A DNA stretch of 64,000 bases from Candidatus Babelota bacterium (lineage in GTDB: Bacteria > Babelota > Babeliae > Babelales > JAUPTZ01), in NCBI GenBank assembly GCA_030917815.1, contig JAUPTZ010000010.1, positions 11,944 to 75,943 of the forward strand. Direction: 5' to 3'. Shown piece by piece: positions 27,793-38,586 of this stretch (positions are counted from its first letter, which is position 1; each line of letters begins with the position of its first letter). A model generated the notes under the pieces. The model saw nothing but the letters and a program-made list of their open reading frames with translations, did not search any database and was not told where the DNA came from. The position numbers and the translations under genes are program-made.

Positions 27793-29345
27793 TTATCAAT
27801 TTTTCCTGTTGCCGTCATGGGCAGATCATTAAGACAGGTTACTACTCGAGGGACCTTGTAGGCGGCCAGATTTTCACGACAAAACGCGTCAATGTCGGCC
27901 GGCGCCACTCGCGCTCCTTCACGGACCGCTACATAGGCAATCGGCACTTGCCCACCTTCTTCATCTTTAGCAATGACCGCCGCTTTAAAAACAGCCGGAT
28001 GGCGAAGCAGAACATTTTCCACTTCCTGTGGATAGATGTTAAACCCTTTATTAATAATGAGCTCTTTGCTGCGACCAACAATCGAGACATACCCCTCATG
28101 ATCAATGGTAGCAAGGTCACCGGTATTAAGCCAGTCGGCATGAAGCACTTCGGCCGTTAAAACCGGTTCGTTATAATATCCCTGCATTACATTATCACCC
28201 TTCACCCACAGCGTACCAACACTGTCAAACGGTAAGGGATTAAGCTCAGTATCACGAATCTGACAGGTAACACCAATTAAAGGACGACCAACCATATTAG
28301 TCGGATGATCTTGCCCAAAACCATCAACGGCTACCACCGGGCTTGCTTCAGTTAAACCGTAACCGCTCACAATTTTACGGCCATAGACCAGAGAAAAGGC
28401 CATGCGAATTTTATCGGGGAGCGCATCGGCACCAGAAACAAAAAGTTTTATAGAATTGAGTGGTGCATTACGCATCATTACGAGCAGCCCAAATAAGGCC
28501 GGAAAGCCAAAAAACAATGTTGGCTTGTAGGCTAAGCCTTGGAGTAATGACCGACGCTCTATTTTAGGCACCGTAATAATAGTAGCCCCCATCATGACCG
28601 GGAGCCACATACTCGCATTTTGAGAAAAAGCATGAAAAAGTGGAAGAATGGCCAAGAAACGTTCATTGTTACTTGCACCCACAACCCGTTCAAATCGTGC
28701 ACGAACCTGAATCGTATTAGCTATAACATTTTTGCCGGAAAGCACCACTCCCTTAGGTACCCCAGTTGATCCGGAAGTATAAAGAATGACCGCACTCTCC
28801 TCGACCAAGCGAATTGCTGGCGGCAACGCAGTGTCACGATCTACACAGTCTTGTGCATCGTAGGTAAAATTCCATAAATAAGTATCAAGAACAAGAACAG
28901 TTTTAGAAGCTGCCTTGCTTTGGGCCAAAGAGGCCTCAAGCTGCTCTTGCATACTAGCAACGGTAATTATAACGGTCGCCTGTGCATCATCAAGAATGGC
29001 GGCAACCTCACGTGAGTGAAGATAGATATTCAACGGCACTACCACCGCACCAACATGCCAAGTCGCAAAGTAAGCACAGTAAAATTCAACGGTATTGGGG
29101 ATGTAGAGTACGACGCGGCTGCCTTGCGTAACGCCTCGCACAAGTAACCAGTCGGCAACTATAAGCATATAGTACCACCACTGGCTATAGGTCAGAGTCC
29201 GCTCTGGAGAGATTAATGCTTCTTTGTTCCCCTGCTGAGAAACAGTGCGCCACAATAGATGGCTAACGCCGCGTAATCGACCGGCATCGGTCCAATCGCC
29301 CCGTAATCTATCGTAGATCTGTGATTCGACGATATCTACTCTCAC
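27735..29345 (-). CDS. Long-chain-fatty-acid--CoA ligase / AMP-binding enzyme
   Basis: LYTSGSTGVPKG, LPLFHAF, GYGLTEASP, WLNTGD, GRSKELI, AAYKVP, TGKIDK. Confidence 0.93.
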   Translation of the reverse strand: MRVDIVESQIYDRLRGDWTDAGRLRGVSHLLWRTVSQQGNKEALISPERTLTYSQWWYYMLIVADWLLVRGVTQGSRVVLYIPNTVEFYCAYFATWHVGAVVVPLNIYLHSREVAAILDDAQATVIITVASMQEQLEASLAQSKAASKTVLVLDTYLWNFTYDAQDCVDRDTALPPAIRLVEESAVILYTSGSTGVPKGVVLSGKNVIANTIQVRARFERVVGASNNERFLAILPLFHAFSQNASMWLPVMMGATIITVPKIERRSLLQGLAYKPTLFFGFPALFGLLVMMRNAPLNSIKLFVSGADALPDKIRMAFSLVYGRKIVSGYGLTEASPVVAVDGFGQDHPTNMVGRPLIGVTCQIRDTELNPLPFDSVGTLWVKGDNVMQGYYNEPVLTAEVLHADWLNTGDLATIDHEGYVSIVGRSKELIINKGFNIYPQEVENVLLRHPAVFKAAVIAKDEEGGQVPIAYVAVREGARVAPADIDAFCRENLAAYKVPRVVTCLNDLPMTATGKIDKVRLRSASYVATATTKTAP

Positions 29346-29350
29346 TACCG

Positions 29351-29554
29351 TTATTCCTTGTCATTACTCTCAGTGACTTCAATAACACTTACCGGACACA
29401 TTTCTGCAGCCTCATCAACCTCTGCAGGATGAGAAGAGACCGCTCCGTGGTTATGCACCCGGGCGGTCCCTTCAACAACAAATACGGCGGGACATATTGC
29501 TTCACACGTGCCACAACTAATGCAGCCGGGAACGATACGTACCTTTTTTGCCAT
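29351..29554 (-). CDS. Single-cluster ferredoxin
   Basis: CISCGTCEAICPAVF ... AAEMCPVSVI. Confidence 0.9.
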   Translation of the reverse strand: MAKKVRIVPGCISCGTCEAICPAVFVVEGTARVHNHGAVSSHPAEVDEAAEMCPVSVIEVTESNDKE

Positions 29555-29557
29555 TAT

Positions 29558-30190
29558 TTATTCCTCGTCTTGCTCATCTTCAGTGCGGCAGCATGGATCT
29601 TGCTTACCACAGCATTCATCGCTGTCATCGCCACACTCTTCATCTGAACACTCATCGTCCAAACAACAGTTGCCTTCAGCTTCTTCTTCTTCCATTTCAT
29701 CGATCGCTTCAATGAATTTTGCAAGGTCGGCGATATTGCCTTCTTCGATAGCCGATTGCCAGTCTACCAATACTTCATTAACACCGCGCTTAAGGCTTAC
29801 CATTTCTTCGGTAGCCCAAGCCTTAAATTCATGCGCATCGGCTTTGAAATCGCCTTCGGTAATCATTTCTTCTGCAACGTCGGCCCACAGAGCGGTATCA
29901 CCGGTCAACGCAACGCGATCAAGCATCTTCTGCCAATCTTCGATTGCATCAACTTCCTGTTGCATCATTTCTTGCAAAGCTTCAAGGCGGCTTGCTGCAA
30001 AGGCATAAATCTCTTGGAGGTCTTCAATAGTTTCTGCGTCTTCGGTTTTATCGCTTTGAGCATCAATTAAAGCCAAAAAACGACCGTATTCGTCTTCACA
30101 AAACTTAACCAGTTCAAGGCTCTGTTGCTTAAAAAAGGCCGCTTGCTCTTGCAATGACGGGAGTAATGAGATGTCGTATGAACGTGCCAC
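29558..30190 (-). CDS. Hypothetical acidic helical protein with Cys/Asp/Glu-rich tail
   Basis: GTG start after AAAGGGGG; tail GNCCLDDECSDEECGDDSDECCGKQDPCC; 3 bp upstream of the ferredoxin. Confidence 0.8.
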   Translation of the reverse strand: MARSYDISLLPSLQEQAAFFKQQSLELVKFCEDEYGRFLALIDAQSDKTEDAETIEDLQEIYAFAASRLEALQEMMQQEVDAIEDWQKMLDRVALTGDTALWADVAEEMITEGDFKADAHEFKAWATEEMVSLKRGVNEVLVDWQSAIEEGNIADLAKFIEAIDEMEEEEAEGNCCLDDECSDEECGDDSDECCGKQDPCCRTEDEQDEE

Positions 30191-30281
30191 GGGTGGCCCC
30201 CTTTCAATGAGTATGTATATGGTATAAAACTAAAGATAAGAACCAGTGTAGCCTGATTTTCCATTTGTTGCAAAAACTAGC

Positions 30282-31472
30282 CTAACCCTCGCACTTTGCC
30301 AGCCAACCATCCTCGCCCCTCACTCGACGCCAGAGCATTTCAAGATTGGCCCTACCAGGAGCCGCACTGTCCCCATTTCGTAGGAAAACATCTGTATCCC
30401 GAATTTTTTTATCCCTAACCGTCCGCTTAACCATCACTTCAAACCGCCCATCAGGCCGTCGCACTAAACAATGCCCTGAGTCGGTCAAACGCCTATCAAG
30501 CGATGAATGTGAACTCATATACACAATAATAGCATTGCAATCATAATCGCTCAGCGAGCGGACCCCATATCTAAGCATAAAGCTTCTTATTCCGTCTCTT
30601 TGTGTCTGCGCACGCTTCAGGCCTGCTTCCTCATCAGCCACATCGGGTAACGCAGCCTCCAGCAGCATTTTTATCGGCATGATCGGACGCGCCAACCGCT
30701 TTTTACGACGTATCTTTTTTCCAACCGGCGACCTCTCAGGCGAACCGCTCACACTACGCACGCTGGGGCTGGCCACATAATCTTTTGCATGATGGCCCAG
30801 CTCGCCCCTTCCCCTTTGGTGCCCATATCTTCGATAGCTACTATCGCCCATACCGCTGGATACTGCCTCGTCACACGATTTTTCTTCACCACACGCGGTA
30901 GCCTCAATATCTTCTTCGCCAAATAACGACCTCAAGAGGAGATCACTATCTTGATGTACTACGAAATACCAAGATTCGACCCAAAAATCTGTTCTCATCT
31001 TTTTTGCATCATAGCATGCGCACTCACGTACAATCTCAGCGTTATCGAGGGCAACAATAACAAATGATTCATCGATACACCGCGCATACAAACATTGCCG
31101 AGTCTCAATCTCCCCACTGCGAATGCGCAGACACGTATCAGCAACTCCCCAAAAAATTGAACCCTCTTTACGATAACACAACGAGCGATGAGCTTTTTCT
31201 AACGCACAACAAAGAGACCGCAGATTCACCGGCTCATCGGCCCTCGCTATGTACTTTCTAGAAAATTCGTCACAATCATATAAAGCATTTTTACATAAAG
31301 GAAATGGCGCGGCAAAAGATACGGTGTCTAAAGCAGAACCAATCCTAAACATGCCTGATCTACTAAAAAGCTCTCTAGCAACTTCAAGGTTAATCGATGG
31401 TTCTTCGGCTGCCGTCACCATAGATTGCAGCGCACTACTTATTACCAACAAAAAAAGAATACGTTTAACCAT
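30282..31472 (-). CDS. Hypothetical exported protein
   Basis: Signal peptide MVKRILFLLVISSALQSMVTA; basic patch KKIRRKKR. Confidence 0.75.
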   Translation of the reverse strand: MVKRILFLLVISSALQSMVTAAEEPSINLEVARELFSRSGMFRIGSALDTVSFAAPFPLCKNALYDCDEFSRKYIARADEPVNLRSLCCALEKAHRSLCYRKEGSIFWGVADTCLRIRSGEIETRQCLYARCIDESFVIVALDNAEIVRECACYDAKKMRTDFWVESWYFVVHQDSDLLLRSLFGEEDIEATACGEEKSCDEAVSSGMGDSSYRRYGHQRGRGELGHHAKDYVASPSVRSVSGSPERSPVGKKIRRKKRLARPIMPIKMLLEAALPDVADEEAGLKRAQTQRDGIRSFMLRYGVRSLSDYDCNAIIVYMSSHSSLDRRLTDSGHCLVRRPDGRFEVMVKRTVRDKKIRDTDVFLRNGDSAAPGRANLEMLWRRVRGEDGWLAKCEG

Positions 31473-31552
31473 AAAGCACAGCCCCCACTGAAAAAAAATA
31501 AGGGCTACACGCTATAAAGAAACTAATTAAAAGTCAAAGGCAGAAATTAGTA

Positions 31553-33331
31553 CTAAAACGCCACCAAACAACCGGCATACATATCAACCTCTTTTGGTAT
31601 ATTTTGTCCCGCAAACGTAATAGCTCCGCCAGCGCGAAGACTAAACCAATCAGAAAGGTGATAGGTAATGCCACCTTTAATGCGATGAGCAAATTGTTCG
31701 GTATTTGCTGCGGCAAGATTGTTATCAAGCGCAATGGTGTTTTCAATAGCATAGTCTTTTACACCATCGGTAGGATCATAGAACGCCCCAAGCCACGAAT
31801 CAACCGTTCCTGAACGGAATCGTACCGTATCCTGTCGCTTCCAGTAAAACTGGTAACCGACAAAGCCGGTAATATCGGTCGTATGCGAGTGGCAGAAGTG
31901 CATATCGGCATTCGCAATCACCGAGTGCCAACTAACGTCGGCAAGCTGCTCAGAGCCCATATTTTTAATCAATGATTCGGCCGGGGTGCCACATGTTTTT
32001 TCAGCACGCGCAAGCGCGAAACGATATTCAGTATCAAAATGCATCATCATCCAAGAACGGGTCTCAACGTCAAAATGCATGCCGCCACCGATTTCAACAT
32101 GCCGTCCATTACCGGTATGAGAACGATAAGGATTACCGGTATAATTTGCTTCGTCTGAGCCGCTACCGCATGCGGTCGGCGTACGGAGCAAAGCGCTCAA
32201 GCCACCAACAATGCGGTCTCCAAAATAGTAATCATAGTAGAGTTCAAGATCGATATCTCCAAGACCAAGCTGCCGTGTTGTTTCAAGCACATAGCCACGA
32301 TCATTGAGCCACTCATAGGTGTTAGCATTAAAGGTTGAAACCATATCTTTCATACGAGCATTGATCGTATTTGTTGCACCACTACTCACCTGTGAACCAT
32401 CTGAGTTATGCGTAGACGATATCCAAACCGTTGCCTTTTTATCTTGGTTCTTTACCCGCGTTGGTGTATTTGCCGCAGAAGCTTCAGTAAGCGCAGAGAA
32501 ATCACCGGTGCCAAGGGCATAAATAGTGTCTTCATCAAGGCTTTCAAGGGTTGTCGAAATCGGCGTTGCCGAGAGTGCGGTAGAAGCAAGAATACCCACC
32601 CGTGTTCCACGTGGCACATATCCCTCTGGCGAATAAATCGCTGCTGCTTTACCGGACAAGGTCGTTCCCCCGAAGATACTAATGTAAGTATCTGGGCCGC
32701 TTACCGCAGCATAATCAACTTGCGAAGCGGAGAAATCATTTGTCGGCATTGCTTCAAGAAAATCAAGCCGATACGCAAAACCAAGCGATGAAGACGCTGC
32801 TTCATTTTTTTGAAACTTTGCAACATCTTCTGTTTGCGAATCACGACGCGAGGCGATATCTTTACGCACCGTATCTACTGCTCGTACCGGCACCTTCACA
32901 CGCACGCCCCAACGAGCTTTTCCGCCCATTACTGAACGGGAAACATTCGCAGAAAGACACATACCATTTTCATAGTATTCTACGCGAGGATCAATCTTCA
33001 TGATACGCATATACGGATTATAATGCTCAGTATTTTGCGCTACCGCACAGTGCTCAAAAATATGACTTAAGCGGAACGAATCGGCATTAAAAAAGAGTGT
33101 CGAAAGCTCACCGGTTGCAACACCATGGGAAGCAAATGCACGATGCGCGCTACGACTGTACCAATCAACATCGGCCATTATATACCAGGGAGATTTTTCA
33201 CAAGGATCAAAATCGTGCCCTACATGCCCAACCATTAATGGAGCGCGAAACTCACGCGCACCAACAGTAACGGTACTACATACAGCCATAAACACTCCCA
33301 GCGCTATGTACCGCTCTATTTTTCTTGCCAT
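31553..33331 (-). CDS. Probable outer-membrane beta-barrel protein
   Basis: Signal peptide from ATG 33331 (AGGAAAG RBS); alternating amphipathic strands; GLGDID motif; terminal strand ending in Phe (DMYAGCLVAF). Confidence 0.7.
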   Translation of the reverse strand: MARKIERYIALGVFMAVCSTVTVGAREFRAPLMVGHVGHDFDPCEKSPWYIMADVDWYSRSAHRAFASHGVATGELSTLFFNADSFRLSHIFEHCAVAQNTEHYNPYMRIMKIDPRVEYYENGMCLSANVSRSVMGGKARWGVRVKVPVRAVDTVRKDIASRRDSQTEDVAKFQKNEAASSSLGFAYRLDFLEAMPTNDFSASQVDYAAVSGPDTYISIFGGTTLSGKAAAIYSPEGYVPRGTRVGILASTALSATPISTTLESLDEDTIYALGTGDFSALTEASAANTPTRVKNQDKKATVWISSTHNSDGSQVSSGATNTINARMKDMVSTFNANTYEWLNDRGYVLETTRQLGLGDIDLELYYDYYFGDRIVGGLSALLRTPTACGSGSDEANYTGNPYRSHTGNGRHVEIGGGMHFDVETRSWMMMHFDTEYRFALARAEKTCGTPAESLIKNMGSEQLADVSWHSVIANADMHFCHSHTTDITGFVGYQFYWKRQDTVRFRSGTVDSWLGAFYDPTDGVKDYAIENTIALDNNLAAANTEQFAHRIKGGITYHLSDWFSLRAGGAITFAGQNIPKEVDMYAGCLVAF

Positions 33332-33370
33332 TGAACTTTCCTTTCTTATCAACCGTGCGCTCATCATCAT

Positions 33371-36300
33371 TTATGCAATACAGAAAGCTTCTGGGGCACC
33401 GCTTTTCAGCGATCCACCAGGAGTTGTACCAATAAAATATCCACCATCTAACGAGAGCAGCGGTGATATACCGTTACCAAACTTATCTTTTGCAACCGTT
33501 ACGGGCGTCCGTACAATTAACGCCGATGTTAAATCGACGTTAACGGTCAAATAGGCCGCGGCAACGCCACCAGCAATCTTACCAGCCGGAACAAATTTTT
33601 CTGGATAACCACCATAAATCGGCATACTCAATATGTTATAGAGCTCAATAAGCGCCGCCCCTTGTGTCTCAGGACCACCAGCTGCTCCATCAACGACTGA
33701 GCTTTGAAACGAGTAGTGTATCGGATTGCCAGAAGAATCATTGGTAACACTAATAGTTTCTGTCCCTGTCGGATTAAGCGGCGATCCAGTTGGCGTCGTA
33801 TAACTGTACACCATAAGACTTGGTGCCAATATTGTGTACTTACCGCTATCATCGGTTCCGGTAAGATAGGTCGACGTATTCCAAATACTCAACGGCAACG
33901 GATCATCTTGCGGAATACCGGCATCGACATACACAACGTTACCACCGCCACGAATAAAGGCCTGCGATGGATCACCAATAGTCAGTGTATAGCTACCACC
34001 ATTAATCGCATCAGCTTCATCATCAGCATTGTAATCAAGCGGTCCAATAGCGAGAACAGAGCCGTATTTTGCCGATGCAGAACCATCAAAAATCTGGTTG
34101 TGATCAAAGAATCCACTTGTTATATTAAGCGCAATATTTTTAACATTCCAGAGCGATTGCACTTGCCATGCATTGTATTGATTACCACTTAAATCGGTAC
34201 TAAATGCTGTCGTCGAAGAAGGCAATGTACCGTTTGGATTACCAACTTTATTGACCACACCAGCAGCAAGGCCCATGAATCCTGACCGATCTATATGGCA
34301 CATTGCCGTATCACCATTAAGCGTTAAGGAGAAACTAATATCGGTTGGATGAGCACCAACAACATCTCTACTATTCGTTCCATCGCCACCGCCATCGAGA
34401 ATGTTACCGACTTGAAACGCACCACCAGAACGATTAGCATCACCAATAAGCATCTTCGCTTGTCGCTGAATACTAATGGTTACATCGGTTGTTGGTGTTT
34501 GATAATCGGCTTCAATGCCAACTAATGCATTATCATAAATCGTCAACGTTGCCTGTTTATTGAGCCAAATTTGCCCAATACCCAGAATCTTTGAACGCAC
34601 TTTATCAAACGCCTGCACAGGAGCATCGCTGCTCCAAATCCATCGCGATGCATCGGCCTGCTGATTACTCATGAATACGCATTGGCTGTTATCATTAAAA
34701 TACAATACTGGACCACAGGCATGATTGTCGCTGGTCACCGTACTTGGAAAGCGTATTTTTGCGCCCGGCTCAAGGACCAATTTAGTATAGCCGCTGAATA
34801 CAATCTGCTGAAATGCTGCTGCACCACGGCCAAACGAACTGAGATCAAGCTCTCCGCCTGATAATATTCTAATTTCTCGAGGAACATCTGAGTAGAATAT
34901 TAGCTGATGCGCGGTTGCTCCATTACCAAAATTTTCGGTCGCAATGATCGGTAATTTGTCAGTAATAATGATGTCTGAGTTCAGATCAACAACACCATTG
35001 CCATTGGGATACAAGGTAACCTTATCAAGGCCCAACTGATTCCATGCATTTATCGAATTAGCATTCCAGGCACGATTACCCAGCCCAATCCGTGCGCCAT
35101 GATCAAGGAAAAGCGCTGCATAAGGGCCTTCACCAAGCACCACCGGATCGGAGGTCATGCTTACAAATTCACGTATACGAGAAAATCCGACACCATCGCC
35201 AGAAAGCCATAAATGGAATGGGTTTGCCCGTGTCGCACCAAAGACCAACAGCTGCTCAACCGTGTCACCACTGGTCATCACCAGCATGCCGGAGCTTGGC
35301 ATTGTTACCGGCAACGTCACCGAGTCGGTAGAGCGCGTATGCAAGCGACGCGTATGCGGCCAATGAAACGACGGTGAACGACGATCAATCCCTTTAATTG
35401 GTTCAAAACCGCCCGGTGTTGGGAGCTCATTTACATTAATCGATACAATCGGATTGTTACCAAACTGATTCACTAAGTGAGGTGTCTCATTAGCAACCGG
35501 GTCAAAACCAAATGTTTCCACACGACCATGTGACTGGAAAATAAATTGATCTTCCGGAATAGTCACAAGCCCGGCACCGGCCTGAATGGCGCAGGTTCGT
35601 CGGCCCATTACCGTATCAAGAATCATATCATGACTCCCGCTAGCCGTTATCGTACCACCAAAATTTGCATACACAATACCACCGCTATCGCGCACGCCAC
35701 GAGGTATCAGTTCGTTAGCAGCAGGAGTAATGACACCCTTTGGATTATAGCGACCAGCACCACCAACATAAATATCATCGCCCGCAAACTCTAAAATACC
35801 ACCACCATTCAAATATGGAATAAAGCTGGTTACATCTTCTGGATTGTCAACAATAACAGCCTGTAGAACCTCATCGGAAAATTCCCAAGCGGCAAACGTA
35901 CTATCTACTCTTAAGTGAGTAACCGACGTTGGAACACTTTCAATAACATCGATACTTTGATACTGTCCCGACGGCCAACCAACGTTAATTTGAGAACGGT
36001 CAGAAATATGAATTGCTTGGATCGCTTTGTCAGATACCGTGCTGGCTTCGTGCGCAGTTTCCACAGAAAATTTAATAGTGTTTGTCTCATCACCGGTAAT
36101 AATCAAAGGCGCCGGCATTGGATTTTGACGGTACACATCAACAAATGCATCTCGCAACGAACTCTGCGGGTATACGCCATCGCCAATGGAGAGCGGATCA
36201 AGTGTTTCACCATCGGCCATGGTATTTAATCGAGAGCCAAGCTGAAAATAGCGGCCCATACCACTTAAGGTGAGGTCATACTCGCTACCACGATTGTACA

Positions 36301-38506
36301 TAATAAGATGCGAAGTATTATCGCCAAGTACCCGTATTTGATCATCGGTAAGACCGTCAGTTACGCCACCTTCATAATCAATAACCGAATCGCGAACTAC
36401 CCAGTGCACGCCGGCGCTCACTAAACTTTCATGACACTCAATAGTGCTGTTAACAAGATAAATCGGCGAACCGGTATAATCAAGAACCCAATACGCAGGA
36501 TCTTCAGCAAGACGCTTAGAAATCATCAACGAAGGAAGCTCTCCACCCACAATTGCAGGGTAGGCATCCCCCGTACCAATAAGAGCTACGTTACGACCAA
36601 CATCATTATGAACTAAACGCACCTGATTCAACGTCATGGCATCGTTCACTAACAATTGTGAATTGTTATAACGTAAAAATTGATATCCCTCGAGCGGCAA
36701 AGCACGACCAAAGCCACTACGAAGACCATGATAGTCTTCAGAATACGCAATTTCCTGTCCACGATGATCAATCATTATTGAGGGCATATTGATATAACCA
36801 TTCGGTGCAATTACTTCATCAAAGGTCGTCGTAGAAATTATTGAGACCTGCCCTTCCACATCAATAGCTATCTCCCCAATAAGAGAAATCTCTGGCACAA
36901 TATCACCAAAATCATCGAGCATCATAACGCTAAAGCCATCATACGAGGCCTGCCCAATCGTGCCACCAATATAGGTCCCACTAAATCCTGCATCTCTCAA
37001 CCCATCGGTACCAATAGTAAGACCTACTCCGGCCTCATCGGTTGTGCCAACGGTCAACACTCCGGACACACTGTCGGCTGCAACACGGGCATAGATACCA
37101 GCATTCCCTCGTAAAAATATTTGGGCCACATCGGTAGCATCATATTCGAAAGCAGGATCTTGTGCCGCCGTAGTATTTGTTTTTCGAAAGGCATTCCCAT
37201 CGATAATAAATGCTGATGAATTATGCTGCTTAACTTTATCGGATGCATGAGTGCCATCACCGGTCGTTGCCGATGTAACAACATGCACTCCATCTTTTGG
37301 AAAGTTTTCTAAAGCGGTATTAACGCGACACGCAAAGTAATCAAGAAAACGATTGTTTTCTATTTCTAAAATCCCGTTATTACCCAACACAAAACCATTT
37401 TGTACCGTATTTGCGGCAAACCATTTTGAAGTAATCAACCCACCTTCAAGACTACTCAAATCGCCAGAAAATTGTGCGATCGTTTGGTCATAGTTATTAG
37501 CAAGACGAGGAAACGAATTATTATAGTTCAAGACCACCAATCCACGGCTATTGGTCGGTTCGCTCAAAAACGCACTCAATTCATCAGAATCTGGCTCATA
37601 ACCACTTCGTGCCAACGCATCACTGATACGTACCGCTGCCGCAATACCGGCACGATATTTGTACACCACATTGGTACGCATGTCGCTGGTAACAACCTCT
37701 GCCGAACCAAGACCGGTTGGCTCTACATAACTACCATATATCATGAATGAACCATCGGTGAAATCGGCCGCTTCAGATCCTGCCGTAATCTTAAGAATCA
37801 TACGACCAGTACTGTTATTTGAGGGGTCAAACAACAGTGAACCATAACCATAATCAAGAGCCCCAGAATCATCAACCAAGCCGGACTTATGCTGAGAAAT
37901 AAACGAGACTGAACTGTTTTGACCAACTTCAATAACCGAGTGAAGTGAAGGATCAAGATTGACTCCATGGTCTGTATCGGCACTAAGACTCCAGCGAACA
38001 AAAGAAAGCTGCGATGAGGCTTGCATTTGCGCTAACGTTTGCTCCATAAGAATGCGAAGATGAGCACCATTCAAAGTAATATTTTTTCCACATGGCAAAC
38101 GAAATCGAACCTCTCCTTTTCCGCGAACACCAATATACAAAGGCCTATAGGTTGCATCGGCACCACTGCTTTGAAAGATCAAGTCATTAAGCACCTGTAC
38201 TTCAAGTACTGAGCCGGCCGAAAAGACATCGAATAATAGTATCGAATCTACTTCACTACCTGGTTGAATGGTTACCGCTCCAGACGACGGTGTTGCACCA
38301 ATTTTTACTATCGCAGTGGCGGCGTCACCAACCAGCGAAATCACACGATCGCCGGTCAAAGAAATGGTACCGCTATTCATGGTCAACACATTCCCATCGA
38401 CTAACTCGAAATCTGCAGAGCCGTTAAAAGCGGTTGCTAAAACATTACTCCCCAGAGCAAGCCCTATTATTAGTGTCACAATACATGTTTGCAGCATTTT
38501 TTTCAT
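33371..38506 (-). CDS. Large exported beta-rich protein (modules A+B+C)
   Basis: Signal peptide MKKMLQTCIVTLIIGLALGSNVLA from ATG 38506; G/S/D/N/T-rich; colinear similarity to the 1181, 886 and 6297 aa neighbours. Confidence 0.88.
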   Translation of the reverse strand: MKKMLQTCIVTLIIGLALGSNVLATAFNGSADFELVDGNVLTMNSGTISLTGDRVISLVGDAATAIVKIGATPSSGAVTIQPGSEVDSILLFDVFSAGSVLEVQVLNDLIFQSSGADATYRPLYIGVRGKGEVRFRLPCGKNITLNGAHLRILMEQTLAQMQASSQLSFVRWSLSADTDHGVNLDPSLHSVIEVGQNSSVSFISQHKSGLVDDSGALDYGYGSLLFDPSNNSTGRMILKITAGSEAADFTDGSFMIYGSYVEPTGLGSAEVVTSDMRTNVVYKYRAGIAAAVRISDALARSGYEPDSDELSAFLSEPTNSRGLVVLNYNNSFPRLANNYDQTIAQFSGDLSSLEGGLITSKWFAANTVQNGFVLGNNGILEIENNRFLDYFACRVNTALENFPKDGVHVVTSATTGDGTHASDKVKQHNSSAFIIDGNAFRKTNTTAAQDPAFEYDATDVAQIFLRGNAGIYARVAADSVSGVLTVGTTDEAGVGLTIGTDGLRDAGFSGTYIGGTIGQASYDGFSVMMLDDFGDIVPEISLIGEIAIDVEGQVSIISTTTFDEVIAPNGYINMPSIMIDHRGQEIAYSEDYHGLRSGFGRALPLEGYQFLRYNNSQLLVNDAMTLNQVRLVHNDVGRNVALIGTGDAYPAIVGGELPSLMISKRLAEDPAYWVLDYTGSPIYLVNSTIECHESLVSAGVHWVVRDSVIDYEGGVTDGLTDDQIRVLGDNTSHLIMYNRGSEYDLTLSGMGRYFQLGSRLNTMADGETLDPLSIGDGVYPQSSLRDAFVDVYRQNPMPAPLIITGDETNTIKFSVETAHEASTVSDKAIQAIHISDRSQINVGWPSGQYQSIDVIESVPTSVTHLRVDSTFAAWEFSDEVLQAVIVDNPEDVTSFIPYLNGGGILEFAGDDIYVGGAGRYNPKGVITPAANELIPRGVRDSGGIVYANFGGTITASGSHDMILDTVMGRRTCAIQAGAGLVTIPEDQFIFQSHGRVETFGFDPVANETPHLVNQFGNNPIVSINVNELPTPGGFEPIKGIDRRSPSFHWPHTRRLHTRSTDSVTLPVTMPSSGMLVMTSGDTVEQLLVFGATRANPFHLWLSGDGVGFSRIREFVSMTSDPVVLGEGPYAALFLDHGARIGLGNRAWNANSINAWNQLGLDKVTLYPNGNGVVDLNSDIIITDKLPIIATENFGNGATAHQLIFYSDVPREIRILSGGELDLSSFGRGAAAFQQIVFSGYTKLVLEPGAKIRFPSTVTSDNHACGPVLYFNDNSQCVFMSNQQADASRWIWSSDAPVQAFDKVRSKILGIGQIWLNKQATLTIYDNALVGIEADYQTPTTDVTISIQRQAKMLIGDANRSGGAFQVGNILDGGGDGTNSRDVVGAHPTDISFSLTLNGDTAMCHIDRSGFMGLAAGVVNKVGNPNGTLPSSTTAFSTDLSGNQYNAWQVQSLWNVKNIALNITSGFFDHNQIFDGSASAKYGSVLAIGPLDYNADDEADAINGGSYTLTIGDPSQAFIRGGGNVVYVDAGIPQDDPLPLSIWNTSTYLTGTDDSGKYTILAPSLMVYSYTTPTGSPLNPTGTETISVTNDSSGNPIHYSFQSSVVDGAAGGPETQGAALIELYNILSMPIYGGYPEKFVPAGKIAGGVAAAYLTVNVDLTSALIVRTPVTVAKDKFGNGISPLLSLDGGYFIGTTPGGSLKSGAPEAFCIA

Positions 38507-38586
38507 ATAAACTACCCTTTTAAAAACAATACGCCGCAAACATGATAATCGAGGCTATCGCGAAGGTGTCAATGAAACCGCAATTT

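Noticed and set aside
27621-28160. 179 aa plus-strand ORF with an internal repeat
   Set aside because: It is a read-through of the 59-bp duplication and the antisense strand of the ligase.
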